The notes: generated by a model from the sequence alone, not told the origin. A stretch of 64,000 nt of DNA from an uncultured Acidimicrobiales bacterium (GCA_937922235.1 CAKZVC010000033.1:7274-71273); one strand, 5' to 3'; counted from the stretch's first letter, positions 1-10,898 are shown. A program made the numbers and translations.

Positions 1-2
1 AC

Positions 3-152
3 GGCTCACACATCGCGCAGGGCACCGTGCTTGGCACGATCGGCGATGTTCCGGTCCGTTCCGCCTTCGCTGGTGAGATTCAGGGCTTCCTCGCTCTCGA
101 CGGCGAGAGAGTCACCGCCCGCCAACCAATCGCTTGGCTCCGGCAACCATGA
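3..152 (+). CDS. 3' end of a biotin/lipoyl-attachment-like (barrel-sandwich hybrid) protein, truncated by the window edge
   Basis: Manual translation GSHIAQGTVLGTIGDVPVRSAFAGEIQGFLALDGERVTARQPIAWLRQP*; its TGA overlaps the fabH ATG (ATGA). Confidence 0.55.
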   Translation, partial: GSHIAQGTVLGTIGDVPVRSAFAGEIQGFLALDGERVTARQPIAWLRQP

Positions 153-1081
153 GCGGCAGCCGAATTACCGGATGGGGCTCGAATCTTCCTGAGAAGGTTC
201 TTACCAACGACGACCTCGCTCAGGGCGGGCTCGAAACAAGTGACGAGTGGATCTTCGAACGCACCGGCATCCGCCAGCGCCACGTCGGCGGCTCAACTTC
301 ACAGATGTCGATCCATGCTGGCAAGCAAGCCCTCGACATGGCCGGTGTCACCGGTGACGACATCGACCTCGTCATCGTCGCCACGTCTACCCCCGATCAG
401 CTCATGCCTGGCACTTCCGCCACCGTGCACGCCGAGCTCGGCATCCGCGGCGGCGCCTGCGACATGCAAGCCGTTTGCTCCGGTTTCACCTATGCCCTGA
501 TGGCGGCAAATGGCCTGATCAGCACGGGCCTCGAGCGCATCCTCGTTATCGGAGCCGACACCCTCAGCGACTACGTCGACTGGGAAGACCGCAGCTCGGC
601 CATCCTGTTCGGCGACGGTGCAGGCGCTGTCGTGCTCGAGAAGCACAGCTCGGCCACCCTGCTCGGCTTCGACCTCGGCGCCGACGGACTCCACCGCCAC
701 ATCGGCTACACCGATCACGACGGCAAGATCACCATGGACGGCAAGGAAGTCTTCCGCACTGCGGTTCGAGCGGTCACCCAGTCGGCCAAGAACGCCATGG
801 AAGAAGCCGGCGTTACCGCCGACGACATCGATTGGTTTGTTCCACATCAGGCGAACGTCCGCATCATCGAATCGATTGCGGGTCGCCTCGGCATTCCGAT
901 GGAGAAGGCGGTCGTGACCATTCAAGACACCGCCAACAACTCGGCGGCCACTATTCCGATTGCGCTCGACACGGCGGTTCGTGACGCTCGCATCCAACCC
1001 GGTGACACGCTTTTGCTTGGCGGCTTTGGCTTTGGCATGACCTGGGCATCAGCAATCATGCGCTGGGAGCCAAATGACTGA
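149..1081 (+). CDS. fabH: 3-oxoacyl-ACP synthase III
   Basis: ETSDEWIFERTGI, AVCSGF (catalytic Cys), LFGDGAGA, PHQAN; start moved to ATG 149. Confidence 0.93.
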   Translation: MSGSRITGWGSNLPEKVLTNDDLAQGGLETSDEWIFERTGIRQRHVGGSTSQMSIHAGKQALDMAGVTGDDIDLVIVATSTPDQLMPGTSATVHAELGIRGGACDMQAVCSGFTYALMAANGLISTGLERILVIGADTLSDYVDWEDRSSAILFGDGAGAVVLEKHSSATLLGFDLGADGLHRHIGYTDHDGKITMDGKEVFRTAVRAVTQSAKNAMEEAGVTADDIDWFVPHQANVRIIESIAGRLGIPMEKAVVTIQDTANNSAATIPIALDTAVRDARIQPGDTLLLGGFGFGMTWASAIMRWEPND

Positions 1082-1793
1082 AAATACCGCTCGAGTCGCT
1101 CTTGTAACAGGAGCGAACCGAGGGATCGGTCTCGCAACCGCGCGAGCCCTTCGAGATGCCGGATTCCAGGTAGCCGCTACCTACCGGTCGACTCCGATCG
1201 ACGAACCGGGCATCACCGCAATCAAATGCGATGTCACCGATGCCGACTCTGTGGACGCTGCCTTCAAGGAAGTTGAGAGCTCACTCGGGCCCGTGACTGT
1301 GTTGATCTCGAACGCCGGGATCACCAAGGACGGGCTCGTCCTTCGGATGGCTGAGGACGATTTCACCTCGGTGATCGACTCGAACCTGACCGGTGGCTTC
1401 CGTGTCGCCAAGCGTGCCGTCAAGGGCATGATGAAAGCCCGCCACGGTCGCATCGTATTCATCAGCAGCATCGTTGGCCTCGGCGGACAGGCTGGACAGG
1501 CCAACTACGCGGCCTCAAAGGCGGGCTTGCATGGCCTGGCCCGCTCACTGGCCAAAGAGTTCGCCTCACGTGGCGTCACCGTCAACGTTGTCGCCCCGGG
1601 CCCAATCGCCACCGACATGACCGCCGCGCTCACCGAAGACCAACTCGCAGCCATGACCGATGTTGTCCCGGCCGGACGCATGGGCCAGCCGGAGGAGATC
1701 GCTGCTGCTGTCTCGTTTCTGGCCTCAGACGCCGCCGGATATATCACCGGCACCGTTTTGCCTGTCGACGGCGGCATGGCAATGGGGCTCTAA
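1074..1793 (+). CDS. fabG: 3-oxoacyl-ACP reductase
   Basis: SDR motifs TGANRGIG, NAGITKD, YAASKAG; fab operon context. Confidence 0.93.
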   Translation: MTENTARVALVTGANRGIGLATARALRDAGFQVAATYRSTPIDEPGITAIKCDVTDADSVDAAFKEVESSLGPVTVLISNAGITKDGLVLRMAEDDFTSVIDSNLTGGFRVAKRAVKGMMKARHGRIVFISSIVGLGGQAGQANYAASKAGLHGLARSLAKEFASRGVTVNVVAPGPIATDMTAALTEDQLAAMTDVVPAGRMGQPEEIAAAVSFLASDAAGYITGTVLPVDGGMAMGL

Positions 1794-1926
1794 CACGTCG
1801 TTGCCACTTCCGGTCAACATCCGTGGAGATCTACATGGCCGCATGGACATTCGTTTTCAGTCCCAGTACCCCAAATCGACCCTTCCCTACTAGTATCTAG
1901 CCACCTGCAATTCAGGAGAAAATGCA

Positions 1927-2163
1927 ATGAGTGATGACAATTTCGCACGATTCCAAAAGGTCGCCGCTGAGGCCCTTGACGTCGAAGCCGACAAGGTGAC
2001 GATGGAAGCATCGTTCGCCGACGATCTTGAGGCAGACAGCCTCGACTTGGTCGAGCTCGTGATGGATCTTGAAGAAGAGTTCGGCGTCGAGGTCGAAGAA
2101 GACGAGCTTGAGGGCATTGCGTCCGTCAAGAACGCATACGAGCTGATCACCAGCAAGCTCTAA
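1927..2163 (+). CDS. acpP: acyl carrier protein
   Basis: [14 protein letters not shown] phosphopantetheine motif; 78 aa, acidic; AGGAG SD. Confidence 0.95.
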   Translation: MSDDNFARFQKVAAEALDVEADKVTMEASFADDLEADSLDLVELVMDLEEEFGVEVEEDELEGIASVKNAYELITSKL

Positions 2164-3338
2164 TGCAGTTCCGCCGAGTCGCTGTCACCGGTGTCGGTGT
2201 CGTTGCCTCTTGTGGCATCGGCAAAGACGCATTCTGGAAGGGCCTTCTTAGCCCAGTAGAAGATGTCGAACGGCGGGTTCACGACTTCGATCCATCTCTG
2301 TACTTCGAGAACAAGAAGGAAGCTCGGCGAGCCGACCGGTTCTCGCAGTTCGCCTTTGCGGCCGCAGCCGAAGCGCTCGAACAGGCAGGCGAAATCGATG
2401 CGGCCCCGACACGCCGAGGCGTGTTCTTGGGCACCGGCATCGGCGGTCTGACCACCGTTGAAGAGCAGATCATCAACCGCCACGAAAACGGCGACCGACG
2501 TGTCTCGCCGTTCTTGGTGCCGATGATGATGGCCAACGCCGCTGCGGGTGGGCTGTCGATGCGCTACGGCTGGCAAGGTCCAGCAGAGAACACTGTCACC
2601 GCATGCGCGGCCGGCACCCACAGCATCGGCAATGGTGCTCGCTGGATCGCCGCCGACCGCTGCGATGCAGTGCTCGCGGGCGGATCTGAAGCAGCGTTCA
2701 CCGCCACGGCACTTGCGGGCTTCCGCAACATGACGGCGCTGTCGCCAAACAACCGGTCGATGCCGTTCGACGCGAAGCGCAACGGCTTCGCCATGGCTGA
2801 AGGTGCTGCGGTTCTCGTCCTTGAAGAGTGGGAACGTGCAGAAGCTCGCGGCGCCACGATTCTCGCCGAGGTCATGGGCGCAGCATCTACCGCTGATGCC
2901 CACCACATCACCGCCCCCTCCCCTGGCGGCGCAGGTGCGGTCAACTGCATGGAGCTCTCGCTCCAAGACGCAGGCTTGAACGCTGAAGACATCGTGCACA
3001 TCAACGCACACGGCACGTCGACGCCGCTCAACGATGCCGCCGAGGCCGAAGCGATCAACAAGGTGTTCGGCCACAAGCCCATCGTGACATCTACGAAGGG
3101 CGTCACCGGCCACGCGCTTGGCGCTGCCGGCGCAATCGAGGCTGCCGCCATCGTCTTGGCGATGCAGCACGAGTTGATCCCGCCAACAGCCGGGCACGAC
3201 GAGCTCGATCCTGACATGCCCGAGATCGACGTCGTCAAAGGCGAAGCTCGCCCATGGACGCCAGGACCTTCGATGTCGAACTCGTTCGGCTTCGGTGGCC
3301 ACAACGGCACGCTCATCCTCGGACCTGCTGGTTCGTAG
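2163..3338 (+). CDS. fabF: beta-ketoacyl-ACP synthase II
   Basis: TACAAG, NAHGTST, KGVTGHALGAAG, NSFGFGGHN. Confidence 0.93.
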   Translation: MQFRRVAVTGVGVVASCGIGKDAFWKGLLSPVEDVERRVHDFDPSLYFENKKEARRADRFSQFAFAAAAEALEQAGEIDAAPTRRGVFLGTGIGGLTTVEEQIINRHENGDRRVSPFLVPMMMANAAAGGLSMRYGWQGPAENTVTACAAGTHSIGNGARWIAADRCDAVLAGGSEAAFTATALAGFRNMTALSPNNRSMPFDAKRNGFAMAEGAAVLVLEEWERAEARGATILAEVMGAASTADAHHITAPSPGGAGAVNCMELSLQDAGLNAEDIVHINAHGTSTPLNDAAEAEAINKVFGHKPIVTSTKGVTGHALGAAGAIEAAAIVLAMQHELIPPTAGHDELDPDMPEIDVVKGEARPWTPGPSMSNSFGFGGHNGTLILGPAGS

Positions 3339-3887
3339 TTGACTCAGCACAATCCGTGGACAACGCATTCAACTGACGTTGCCTACGAAAACCCGTGGAT
3401 TCGGGTCGAGCACAGCGCAGTTACTACCCCCGGCGGGTCTGACGGCGTATATGGCGTTGTCCGGTTCAAGAACCGCGCCGTCGGCGTTGTGCCTGTCGAC
3501 GCCGACGATCACACGTGGCTCGTCGGGCAATACCGATATGCGCTCGACCAGTACAGCTGGGAGATTCCCGCTGGCGGCTGCCCCGAGGGTGAAGCGCTCG
3601 ACGAAACAGCACATCGCGAGCTCAAAGAGGAAACTGGCCTCATCGCCGCAACCCTCTCCCCCATCTTTGCCGACGTACACCTGACGAACTCGGTCACCGA
3701 CGAACGGGCCTGGGCCTACCTTGCAACCGATCTGACGATGTCAGACGCCGAGCCTGAGGACACCGAGGAGCTCGCCATCAAGCGACTGCCCGTCGACGAG
3801 GCCATCGGCATGGTTCTGCGCGGCGAAGTCCGTGATGCGTTCACAATCCTCGCGATGCTGCACCTTCACGCCACCCGAACCGGGTAG
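3339..3887 (+). CDS. NUDIX hydrolase (ADP-ribose pyrophosphatase-like)
   Basis: Nudix box GGCPEGEALDETAHRELKEETG. Confidence 0.9.
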   Translation: MTQHNPWTTHSTDVAYENPWIRVEHSAVTTPGGSDGVYGVVRFKNRAVGVVPVDADDHTWLVGQYRYALDQYSWEIPAGGCPEGEALDETAHRELKEETGLIAATLSPIFADVHLTNSVTDERAWAYLATDLTMSDAEPEDTEELAIKRLPVDEAIGMVLRGEVRDAFTILAMLHLHATRTG

Positions 3888-3907
3888 CACGACGCCAGTT
3901 CGGCGCC

Positions 3908-4660
3908 TTACTCCGACGCCGCAGCTTGGAGAATGTCGTCCGGCATGTCGAAGTTAGCGTAGACATCCTGGACATCATCGTTGTCATCGAGGATGTCGAT
4001 CATGTTCAGAATGGCCTTCGCATCCGACGCGCTCGTGATCTCGACCGTTGAGGTCGGCAACATCGTCAGGTCGGCGCTTTCGAACGCAATACCGTTCTCC
4101 TCGAGCGCATCGCGCAACCCGTTCAGGTCGGTTGGCTCGCAGGTAAGACGCCACGTGTCTCCTTCGTCGACAAGGTCTTCCCCACCGTGTTCGAGTGCGA
4201 CCATCATGAGGTCGTCTTCGTCAAGCGCCCGGTCGAGCGTGATGACGCCCTTGCGTTCGAACTGCCATGCCACTGCACCAGGTTCGGCCATCGAGCCGCC
4301 GTTCTTTGAGAACAGCGAGCGCATGTCGGCGCCGGTCCGGTTGCGGTTGTCGGTCAGCACCTCGACATACAGCGCAACCCCGGCAGGTGCGTAGCCCTCA
4401 TAGGTGATTGGCTCATAGTTGACGCCTTCAAGTTCGCCCGTGCCACGCTTGATGGCACGCTCGATCGTGTCGAGCGGCACCGACGAGTCACGCGCCTTCT
4501 GATACATCGTGCGCAGCGTCGCGTTTGCATCCATGTCGCCACCACCTTGGCGTGCGGCGACTTCAACCTGCTTGATCAACTTGGCAAACAGCTTGGCGCG
4601 CTTCTTATCAGCAGCGCCCTTCTTGTGCTTGATTGTCGCCCATTTGGAATGACCTGACAT
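3908..4660 (-). CDS. yebC: YebC/PmpR family protein
   Basis: MSGHSKWATIKHKK N-terminus, YEGY, LTDNRNRT. Confidence 0.95.
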   Translation of the reverse strand: MSGHSKWATIKHKKGAADKKRAKLFAKLIKQVEVAARQGGGDMDANATLRTMYQKARDSSVPLDTIERAIKRGTGELEGVNYEPITYEGYAPAGVALYVEVLTDNRNRTGADMRSLFSKNGGSMAEPGAVAWQFERKGVITLDRALDEDDLMMVALEHGGEDLVDEGDTWRLTCEPTDLNGLRDALEENGIAFESADLTMLPTSTVEITSASDAKAILNMIDILDDNDDVQDVYANFDMPDDILQAAASE

Positions 4661-4683
4661 GTTCCGGGTCCTTTCGACTGTCT

Positions 4684-5256
4684 CTAGCTCGCTAGTGATT
4701 CGAGAAAGAGACGGTGGATCTCTGAGCTCGACGAGAGCTCGGGGTGAAAGCCAGCGCCTAGCGCATTGCCAGACCGTACCAGGACGGCATCACCGCGAGC
4801 TTCAGCCAAGACGTCAACATCGTCGCCAATGCGCATAATTCGTGGCGCCCGAATAAAGACCGCATGCACTGGCTCGTTGGTCACGGTCGTTTCGATATCG
4901 GTCTCAAAGCTCTCGACCTGGCGCCCATAGCCGTTTCGCTTCACGGTTATGTCGAGCCGCCCAAACGATCGCTGATCGGGCCGACCATCTTCGATGTCGG
5001 TCGACAACAAAATGAGACCAGCACAGGTGCCAAAGACGGGCATACCGTCATCGAGGCGGTCCGCGATTGGATCGAACAATTCAGACGATTCCAACAGCAT
5101 CGACATCGTGGTCGACTCGCCACCGGGCATGACCAACGCATCGACGCTGTCAAGATGCTCGGGACGCTTCACTTCCCGAGCATCAGCACCAAGGTCGGTC
5201 AGTTTGTCGATGTGGGCCTGAAACGCGCCCTGCAGGGCAAGAACCCCGACGATCAC
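4684..5256 (-). CDS. pdxT: pyridoxal 5'-phosphate synthase glutaminase subunit
   Basis: GVLALQG, PGGEST, GTCAG, FHPEL. Confidence 0.95.
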   Translation of the reverse strand: MIVGVLALQGAFQAHIDKLTDLGADAREVKRPEHLDSVDALVMPGGESTTMSMLLESSELFDPIADRLDDGMPVFGTCAGLILLSTDIEDGRPDQRSFGRLDITVKRNGYGRQVESFETDIETTVTNEPVHAVFIRAPRIMRIGDDVDVLAEARGDAVLVRSGNALGAGFHPELSSSSEIHRLFLESLAS

Positions 5257-6146
5257 CAGCCGCGGTCTTCGAACTTCAGGTCACCGAGCTCGTCCATGCC
5301 AATGCCAGTCATCGGTGCGCCGAGACCACGAGAGACCTTGGCCAGAATCGAGGCGTCGGTATAGTTCGTGGTGGCTTCAACAATCGCACGAGCACGAGGT
5401 GCTGGGTCGGCGCTCTTGAAGATGCCAGAGCCGACAAACACGGCGTCGGCTCCGAGCTGCATGGCAAGAGCGGCGTCTGCGGGAGTCGCCAATCCACCTG
5501 CGCAGAACAACGGCACGGGAAGCTTGCCAGTCTCGGCAATTTCCTGCACGAGTGGCAATGGAGCCTGAAGCTGCTTGGCCCACTCGAAGAGCTCTGCCGA
5601 GTCGGCCTGGGTGAGCTTCTTGATGTCGCCATTGATCGTGCGAAGGTGACGCACGGCCTGCACAACATCGCCGGTGCCAGCTTCGCCCTTCGAGCGAATC
5701 ATGCACGCACCTTCGGAGATGCGGCGGAGCGCCTCGCCGAGGTTTGTTGCGCCACAAACGAAGGGAACGGTGAACTTCCACTTGTCGATGTGATGGGTCT
5801 CATCGGCTGGGGTGAGCACTTCGGACTCGTCGACGTAGTCGACACCGAGGCTCTCGAGAATCTGTGCCTCGACAAAATGACCGATGCGGGCCTTGGCCAT
5901 AACCGGGATCGTGCAGATCTCCTGGATGCCCTCGATCATCTCTGGATCGCTCATACGGGCGACACCGCCATCGACACGAATGTCGGCCGGCACTCGCTCG
6001 AGGGCCATAACCGCAACTGCGCCCGCGTCTTCAGCGATCTTTGCTTGCTCAGGATTGACGACGTCCATAATGACGCCGCCCTTCAACATCTCGGCAAGGC
6101 CACGCTTGACCAGGGGTGTACCGGTGGAGGTCGACTGCTCGTTCAT
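5253..6146 (-). CDS. pdxS: pyridoxal 5'-phosphate synthase lyase subunit
   Basis: [32 protein letters not shown]. Confidence 0.96.
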   Translation of the reverse strand: MNEQSTSTGTPLVKRGLAEMLKGGVIMDVVNPEQAKIAEDAGAVAVMALERVPADIRVDGGVARMSDPEMIEGIQEICTIPVMAKARIGHFVEAQILESLGVDYVDESEVLTPADETHHIDKWKFTVPFVCGATNLGEALRRISEGACMIRSKGEAGTGDVVQAVRHLRTINGDIKKLTQADSAELFEWAKQLQAPLPLVQEIAETGKLPVPLFCAGGLATPADAALAMQLGADAVFVGSGIFKSADPAPRARAIVEATTNYTDASILAKVSRGLGAPMTGIGMDELGDLKFEDRGW

Positions 6147-6228
6147 AAACACCACCCTAGGAGGGAAAACCCCAAGGTACGAAGGTCACCTGGGAGTCTT
6201 TTTGGTGACTTTTTCGGTGGGGTGAGGA

Positions 6229-7365
6229 TTACCCGTCTTTGAGTGCGTTCGCTTCGTTGGCGCTGATCTCTGCTGAGGTTCCTGCTGGGGTCAGGCTGAC
6301 CCACGTTTGCCCTGGGGCGAGGCCGATGACTTCGCCCTCTGGCGTAAGCAAGGTGAACGGGTCTCGTGGAAACTCTCGGCTCCATTCACCCTCGATACGG
6401 AAGCCGTCGGAGTAGACCACGACATCGCCCGATCCGACCGTTACTGCGTCAACGGACGCACGGTCGATTTGGCTTGGCAAGTACGTGGTGGTGAGCACGA
6501 CAACGTTGGCCGGAGTGATCTGGTTTCCGTCACGGGTTTGGTGCGGCTCGGTGAATCGCTTCTCTTCCTGGTGGAAGCGCAGGTATCCGCCATCGGTTGC
6601 CGACCATACGTAGATGGCATCGGTACGGGCCTTGACCCGCACGCCGGCCGATGGCTGACCGAGCTCGGCAATGTTGCGTGAGTAGTCAAAGACGGGGGAT
6701 GGTGGTTCGCCGCCATCGGCCCGGTCGATCAGCTTGGCCGGGTTAGCGACAAGATTGTTCGGAGCCCGGAAACCGCTTATGCGGCGAAACTCCGAATGCC
6801 CAAAGTCGGCGCTGGAACGAACAAGCAGGTCGTTGTTCTCGGCCTGGCGAAGCTGACCGCTGACTCCATCGTTTGCGCCGGAGTAGCCAAACACCGGCCG
6901 GTTGAGGTTTGACACGATGTCGATATCGGACGTGCGCCCCGAACGGACCGATCCGACCTCTTCAGGCAGGACCGAATGAAATACTGCAGCAAAGCGAGTT
7001 GCGGACTGTTCGATCCGTTCTTCGTACACGATGTCGGCCTGGTCGAGGCCGAGCAGCGCAGCACGCGCCGCCTGATCGTTGTTTGAGATCTTGACCACAA
7101 CCGCAGCGTGCGCCGCCGGGTCGCCTTCGCCGATCGGCTCACCGCTGAGCGGGTAGAGGGGCCCAAGATCGGGCGCCTCAGTCGTCGTAGTTGTCGACTC
7201 GGACGTCGTGGAGGTTTCGACCTCGGTCGTGGTAGTCGTTTCTGCCTCGGTCGTCGACGTGGTGGTTTCGGCCGTCTCGGCATCTGCGCCATCATCACCA
7301 CCGCATGCGGTCGCGAGAAGAGACAGCGCCAACAGCGCGGCGAGAACACGGATCAACTTGTGCAT
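6229..7365 (-). CDS. DUF3048-like lipoprotein with Thr/Glu-rich linker
   Basis: Lipobox LATAC; VVVKISN, GLDQADIVYE, VGSVRSGR, APNNL typical of DUF3048. Confidence 0.8.
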   Translation of the reverse strand: MHKLIRVLAALLALSLLATACGGDDGADAETAETTTSTTEAETTTTTEVETSTTSESTTTTTEAPDLGPLYPLSGEPIGEGDPAAHAAVVVKISNNDQAARAALLGLDQADIVYEERIEQSATRFAAVFHSVLPEEVGSVRSGRTSDIDIVSNLNRPVFGYSGANDGVSGQLRQAENNDLLVRSSADFGHSEFRRISGFRAPNNLVANPAKLIDRADGGEPPSPVFDYSRNIAELGQPSAGVRVKARTDAIYVWSATDGGYLRFHQEEKRFTEPHQTRDGNQITPANVVVLTTTYLPSQIDRASVDAVTVGSGDVVVYSDGFRIEGEWSREFPRDPFTLLTPEGEVIGLAPGQTWVSLTPAGTSAEISANEANALKDG

Positions 7366-8066
7366 TACAGCTCCCAGAGAACTTCGATTCGGTGGTCGAG
7401 GGGCACACGTTGATCAGCCGGGGGAATCAGCAGAGCTGCCCCCAGTGCGTCTGCTCCATCAATGTCGGTCGACCGCCCGTCGATTCGCTCCAATGCGGAA
7501 CGGAGTCCCGGTGGGTACCGGGTGAGTCCAACACCGGAGATGTCGAACGCGATGACGCCTGCGTCGCCGGTTCCCCAGCGACGGGCCATCTCGCGTTGTG
7601 CCCCGGTGATAAACGGCTGCGCTGACGCAGCGAGTGTCTCGTACTGAACCGAGCCACTTGAGAGTTTGGTGAGACCATGAGCCACGACACCCTCCATCTC
7701 GATGACGTCGAGCATCTCGAGCAGACCGGTCGTCGCGATCAAGACATTGTTCGCACCCGACAGGGCAACCAGGTTGCATGCCGGACTGTCGATCACCATG
7801 ACCTCGGGCTGATCAATACCGGAGGTCAGGCAGAGGTTCTCGACCGTGTTGAGAATTCGTTCGCCCTCTTTCGCCCCAAGCGGACGAGCGCCGAGCTTGG
7901 AAACAAGCGACGAATCAGAGTTGCGCCACATCAACCACACAACAAGTGCGGCTGCAGGAATCGCCAGAAGATAGAACGGCCACCAGGCAAACACGCCCAA
8001 CAACACGAACAGCACGAGTGTGGCGATAGCAGGCAGCGCAAAGATCGCAAGAATCCTGGAGTTCAT
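7365..8066 (-). CDS. HtpX/M48-like membrane protein with degenerate zinc motif
   Basis: N-terminal TM helices, VENLC..GI..P, TTGLLEMLD.IEMEGVVAHGL (HExxH lost), LTRYPPGL. Confidence 0.7.
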   Translation of the reverse strand: MNSRILAIFALPAIATLVLFVLLGVFAWWPFYLLAIPAAALVVWLMWRNSDSSLVSKLGARPLGAKEGERILNTVENLCLTSGIDQPEVMVIDSPACNLVALSGANNVLIATTGLLEMLDVIEMEGVVAHGLTKLSSGSVQYETLAASAQPFITGAQREMARRWGTGDAGVIAFDISGVGLTRYPPGLRSALERIDGRSTDIDGADALGAALLIPPADQRVPLDHRIEVLWEL

Positions 8067-8139
8067 ACATACCTTCGTCGTCGTGGCGCACCCATGATAG
8101 GGGCACGTGCGTGGCATCGGGCTTCACCGATGAACAGAA

Positions 8140-9216
8140 TCATCCGGCGGTGATCGCTCGACGGTAGGCGGAGAGGTACAGGTCAGCCAATCGCCGCATG
8201 GAGAACTCGCTCACACGCTCCGATCCGCTAGCGATGAGCTCGTCTCGGCGGGCCGGGCTGGCGAGTACTTGGTCGAGTTCACGAGCCAGCTTGTTGGGAT
8301 CCCCTGGTGGAACGAGCGCGCCGTCAAGACCGTTTCGGGTCACCTTGGCATAGCCAGGGATGTCGCTAGCGACCACCGCCGTCTCCGCTGCCATTGCTTC
8401 GAGGAGCACAATGCCGAACGACTCGCCGTGCAACGACGGAGCGCAGAAAATGTCGGCGCCAAGCATGCGGTCGATCTTTTCGTCTTCATCGATCTCGCCA
8501 AGCCACGAGATCCGCGGGTCGCCGGCGTAGAGGCCTTGCAACCCCGGTGTCTCCGGCCCAACACCGCCGACCCAGAGCCGGACGTCCGGAGGCAGCTGTT
8601 GAAATGCATCGAGCAGCACGCTGAGGCCCTTACGCTCTTCGTGGCGAGCAATGAAGAAGATCGTGGGGCCTTCAGTCTTGGTTGCGGTGCCTTCGCGATA
8701 GCGAGACACATCGACAGCGTTGAACGCGCGCTCATAGGTGCCACCGAGCGCTTGGATCGCCAGCTCTTCTGCATCGTCGGACACGGCGTATCTGATGGCG
8801 ATGCGCTTGGCTCCGCGCGAAGTGAGCGGCTTGAAAATGTCGTACGCCACGCTGTGCCCGGCTCGATGGAACGTGCCGACGATTGGAGCCGGCTTGACCA
8901 ACAGCGCGGTCATTGTCGGACCGGGGGCGATCGGCTCGTGCAGATGAAGCACGTCGAACTCTTCATCTCGCAGCGCACGGATCGTTCGAAGCTGGGCTGC
9001 AGGGTCGGGTGCAAGTGGAACGATCGATCCGTTGGCCCCGGTCGGCACACAATTTCCGAGTGGCGTCACAAAGGGCTCGGGAGGTGGCCCATCGCATGGA
9101 CCCAAGACTCGCACGTATTCACCTCGAGCTCGGATTGCTCGGGCCAAGCCGAGAATCTGCCCTTGCACTCCCCCAGGAACCGTCAGGCTGTACGGGCTGA
9201 TCATCCCGATCCTCAT
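8140..9216 (-). CDS. pimA: phosphatidylinositol alpha-mannosyltransferase (GT4)
   Basis: MRIGMISPYSLTVPGGVQ, HLHEP, ESFGIVLLEAMA; follows pgsA-patA. Confidence 0.88.
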   Translation of the reverse strand: MRIGMISPYSLTVPGGVQGQILGLARAIRARGEYVRVLGPCDGPPPEPFVTPLGNCVPTGANGSIVPLAPDPAAQLRTIRALRDEEFDVLHLHEPIAPGPTMTALLVKPAPIVGTFHRAGHSVAYDIFKPLTSRGAKRIAIRYAVSDDAEELAIQALGGTYERAFNAVDVSRYREGTATKTEGPTIFFIARHEERKGLSVLLDAFQQLPPDVRLWVGGVGPETPGLQGLYAGDPRISWLGEIDEDEKIDRMLGADIFCAPSLHGESFGIVLLEAMAAETAVVASDIPGYAKVTRNGLDGALVPPGDPNKLARELDQVLASPARRDELIASGSERVSEFSMRRLADLYLSAYRRAITAG

Positions 9217-10142
9217 GCGAGCTCCCGCAGCACTTCGGGTACGGGGCGGCCAAGCGCCCGGTAGTCGCTCGGCCAGCCGGGCTGGAGGACATGCCACTGC
9301 TCGGGGGCCTTGCGCACAAACCGTTCAAGCTCGTCTGCGAGCGATTGCGTTACCCGTTGCACGTCGGCGCGGAAGCCGCCTTGCCGTGTGGCATCAACCG
9401 GAGGGCGAACTTCAGCAACGTGCCGCGAACCATCGAAGTAGACCGCCACTGGGAGCAGAGGTGATCCGGTGCGGAGGCCGAGGGTTGCTGGGCCCGCTGG
9501 CAGCAGGGTCTCTTCGCCGAAGAATCTCACTGGCACCGACGTCGCCCCGGCAACAACGCGATCGCTCAGCAGGCAGACGATCGAGCCGTTGGTGATCGCC
9601 CGCAGAACCGCAGGTCCGGCGTCTGGCCCGACCGCCACCACTTCCATGCCGAGTGACTCTCGGAACGACTTGAACCAGTCGAAGAGCTCGGGAGGCTCAA
9701 GCGGCTCAACCACGGCTGTCACCTTGAAGCCATGCACCTGGGTCAGCCAAAACGCCGCCCATTCCCAACCCCCAAGGTGCGGCAGCACAAGGATCGGCGG
9801 CGTTCCGGCCTCAAGTGCCTCGGTGATGTGTTCGAAGCCCGTGTAGCTGAAGCCGGCGTCAATTTCTTCGGCGGAGAGCCCGGGCAGCCGAAAGCTGTCG
9901 AGGTAGTAGCGGCCATACGCTCCGAACGTCTTGGCGACGGCGCGGTGTTTCTCCGACGACGACAGCTTTCTGCCGGTCGAGCGTTCGATGTTTCGTTCGA
10001 CGATGACCCGACGATCACCGGCGAGAAACGAGGCAACCGTGCTACCGAGCGCCACAACAGCGCCGCTTAGCTTGCGGGGCGCGCGTTGAGCGGCCAGCGC
10101 ACCCAGGCGGTGGATCGTCAAGCTGTCGGGGCGAGGGAACAT
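9213..10142 (-). CDS. patA: phosphatidylinositol mannoside acyltransferase
   Basis: LPHLGGWE, CLLSDR, PEQWH; PIM operon order. Confidence 0.85.
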   Translation of the reverse strand: MFPRPDSLTIHRLGALAAQRAPRKLSGAVVALGSTVASFLAGDRRVIVERNIERSTGRKLSSSEKHRAVAKTFGAYGRYYLDSFRLPGLSAEEIDAGFSYTGFEHITEALEAGTPPILVLPHLGGWEWAAFWLTQVHGFKVTAVVEPLEPPELFDWFKSFRESLGMEVVAVGPDAGPAVLRAITNGSIVCLLSDRVVAGATSVPVRFFGEETLLPAGPATLGLRTGSPLLPVAVYFDGSRHVAEVRPPVDATRQGGFRADVQRVTQSLADELERFVRKAPEQWHVLQPGWPSDYRALGRPVPEVLRELA

Positions 10143-10154
10143 GAGTGGTTCCGC

Positions 10155-10844
10155 TTACCGCCGATCGGTTTTGCGCTTGGCGGATTGGGTCGTGCGGCGA
10201 GCCTCGCGAGCACGTCGGCGAGTGACCGGACCCGGCGCAGGTGTCGGGCGGCCAACGCTGGCCTGCTTCCACACCTTGAAGAATCGCTGCACGGCCGTGA
10301 CCGCAGTGAGCGCAAGCATGACCCATAGAACCACGAGCAACAGGCTTGCGTTGATGGACCCAAGGCCCAGACCAACACCAAGTGCAATGAAGCGCTCGGC
10401 GCGCTCCATGAGGCCACCCTTCGCGTCGAAACCGAGGGACTCGGCCTTTGCTCGCTGGTAACTGATCATGACGGCAAGGCCCATGATTGCGACCGGCAGC
10501 ATATGCATCTGGTCGTCACGTGTTGCCGAGAGATGCCAGGCAACACCGCTGAACAACATGATGTCGGTGAGCCGATCGGAGACCGAATCGAAGTAGGCGC
10601 CGCGCATGGAAGAGGTTCCGGCGGCCTTTGCGATGGCGCCGTCCAGCAGGTCGGGCAGACCGGTGCAGATCATCAACACCAGGCCGATCGCCAGGTTGCC
10701 CGAACCAATCACGACTGCGGCCACCGCCGACATACCAATACCGACGAGTGTCATCACATCTGCGGTGATTCCCATGTTGACCAGGGCTGCGCCAACTGGC
10801 TGCACGTTCTTGTCGACCTGGTCTCGAAAGTTTCCGTCAAACAT
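10155..10844 (-). CDS. pgsA: CDP-alcohol phosphatidyltransferase (phosphatidylinositol phosphate synthase)
   Basis: DLLDGAIA...GAYFDSVSDR motif; RAKAESLG. Confidence 0.88.
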   Translation of the reverse strand: MFDGNFRDQVDKNVQPVGAALVNMGITADVMTLVGIGMSAVAAVVIGSGNLAIGLVLMICTGLPDLLDGAIAKAAGTSSMRGAYFDSVSDRLTDIMLFSGVAWHLSATRDDQMHMLPVAIMGLAVMISYQRAKAESLGFDAKGGLMERAERFIALGVGLGLGSINASLLLVVLWVMLALTAVTAVQRFFKVWKQASVGRPTPAPGPVTRRRAREARRTTQSAKRKTDRR

Positions 10845-10898
10845 GGATTCTCCTCGTCGTGACTCCACTGGAGGTTAGCTGTGATTACGATCTGGTCC

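Noticed and set aside
149-3338. Type II polyketide cluster
   Set aside because: No chain-length factor, cyclases or tailoring genes; matches ordinary FAS-II
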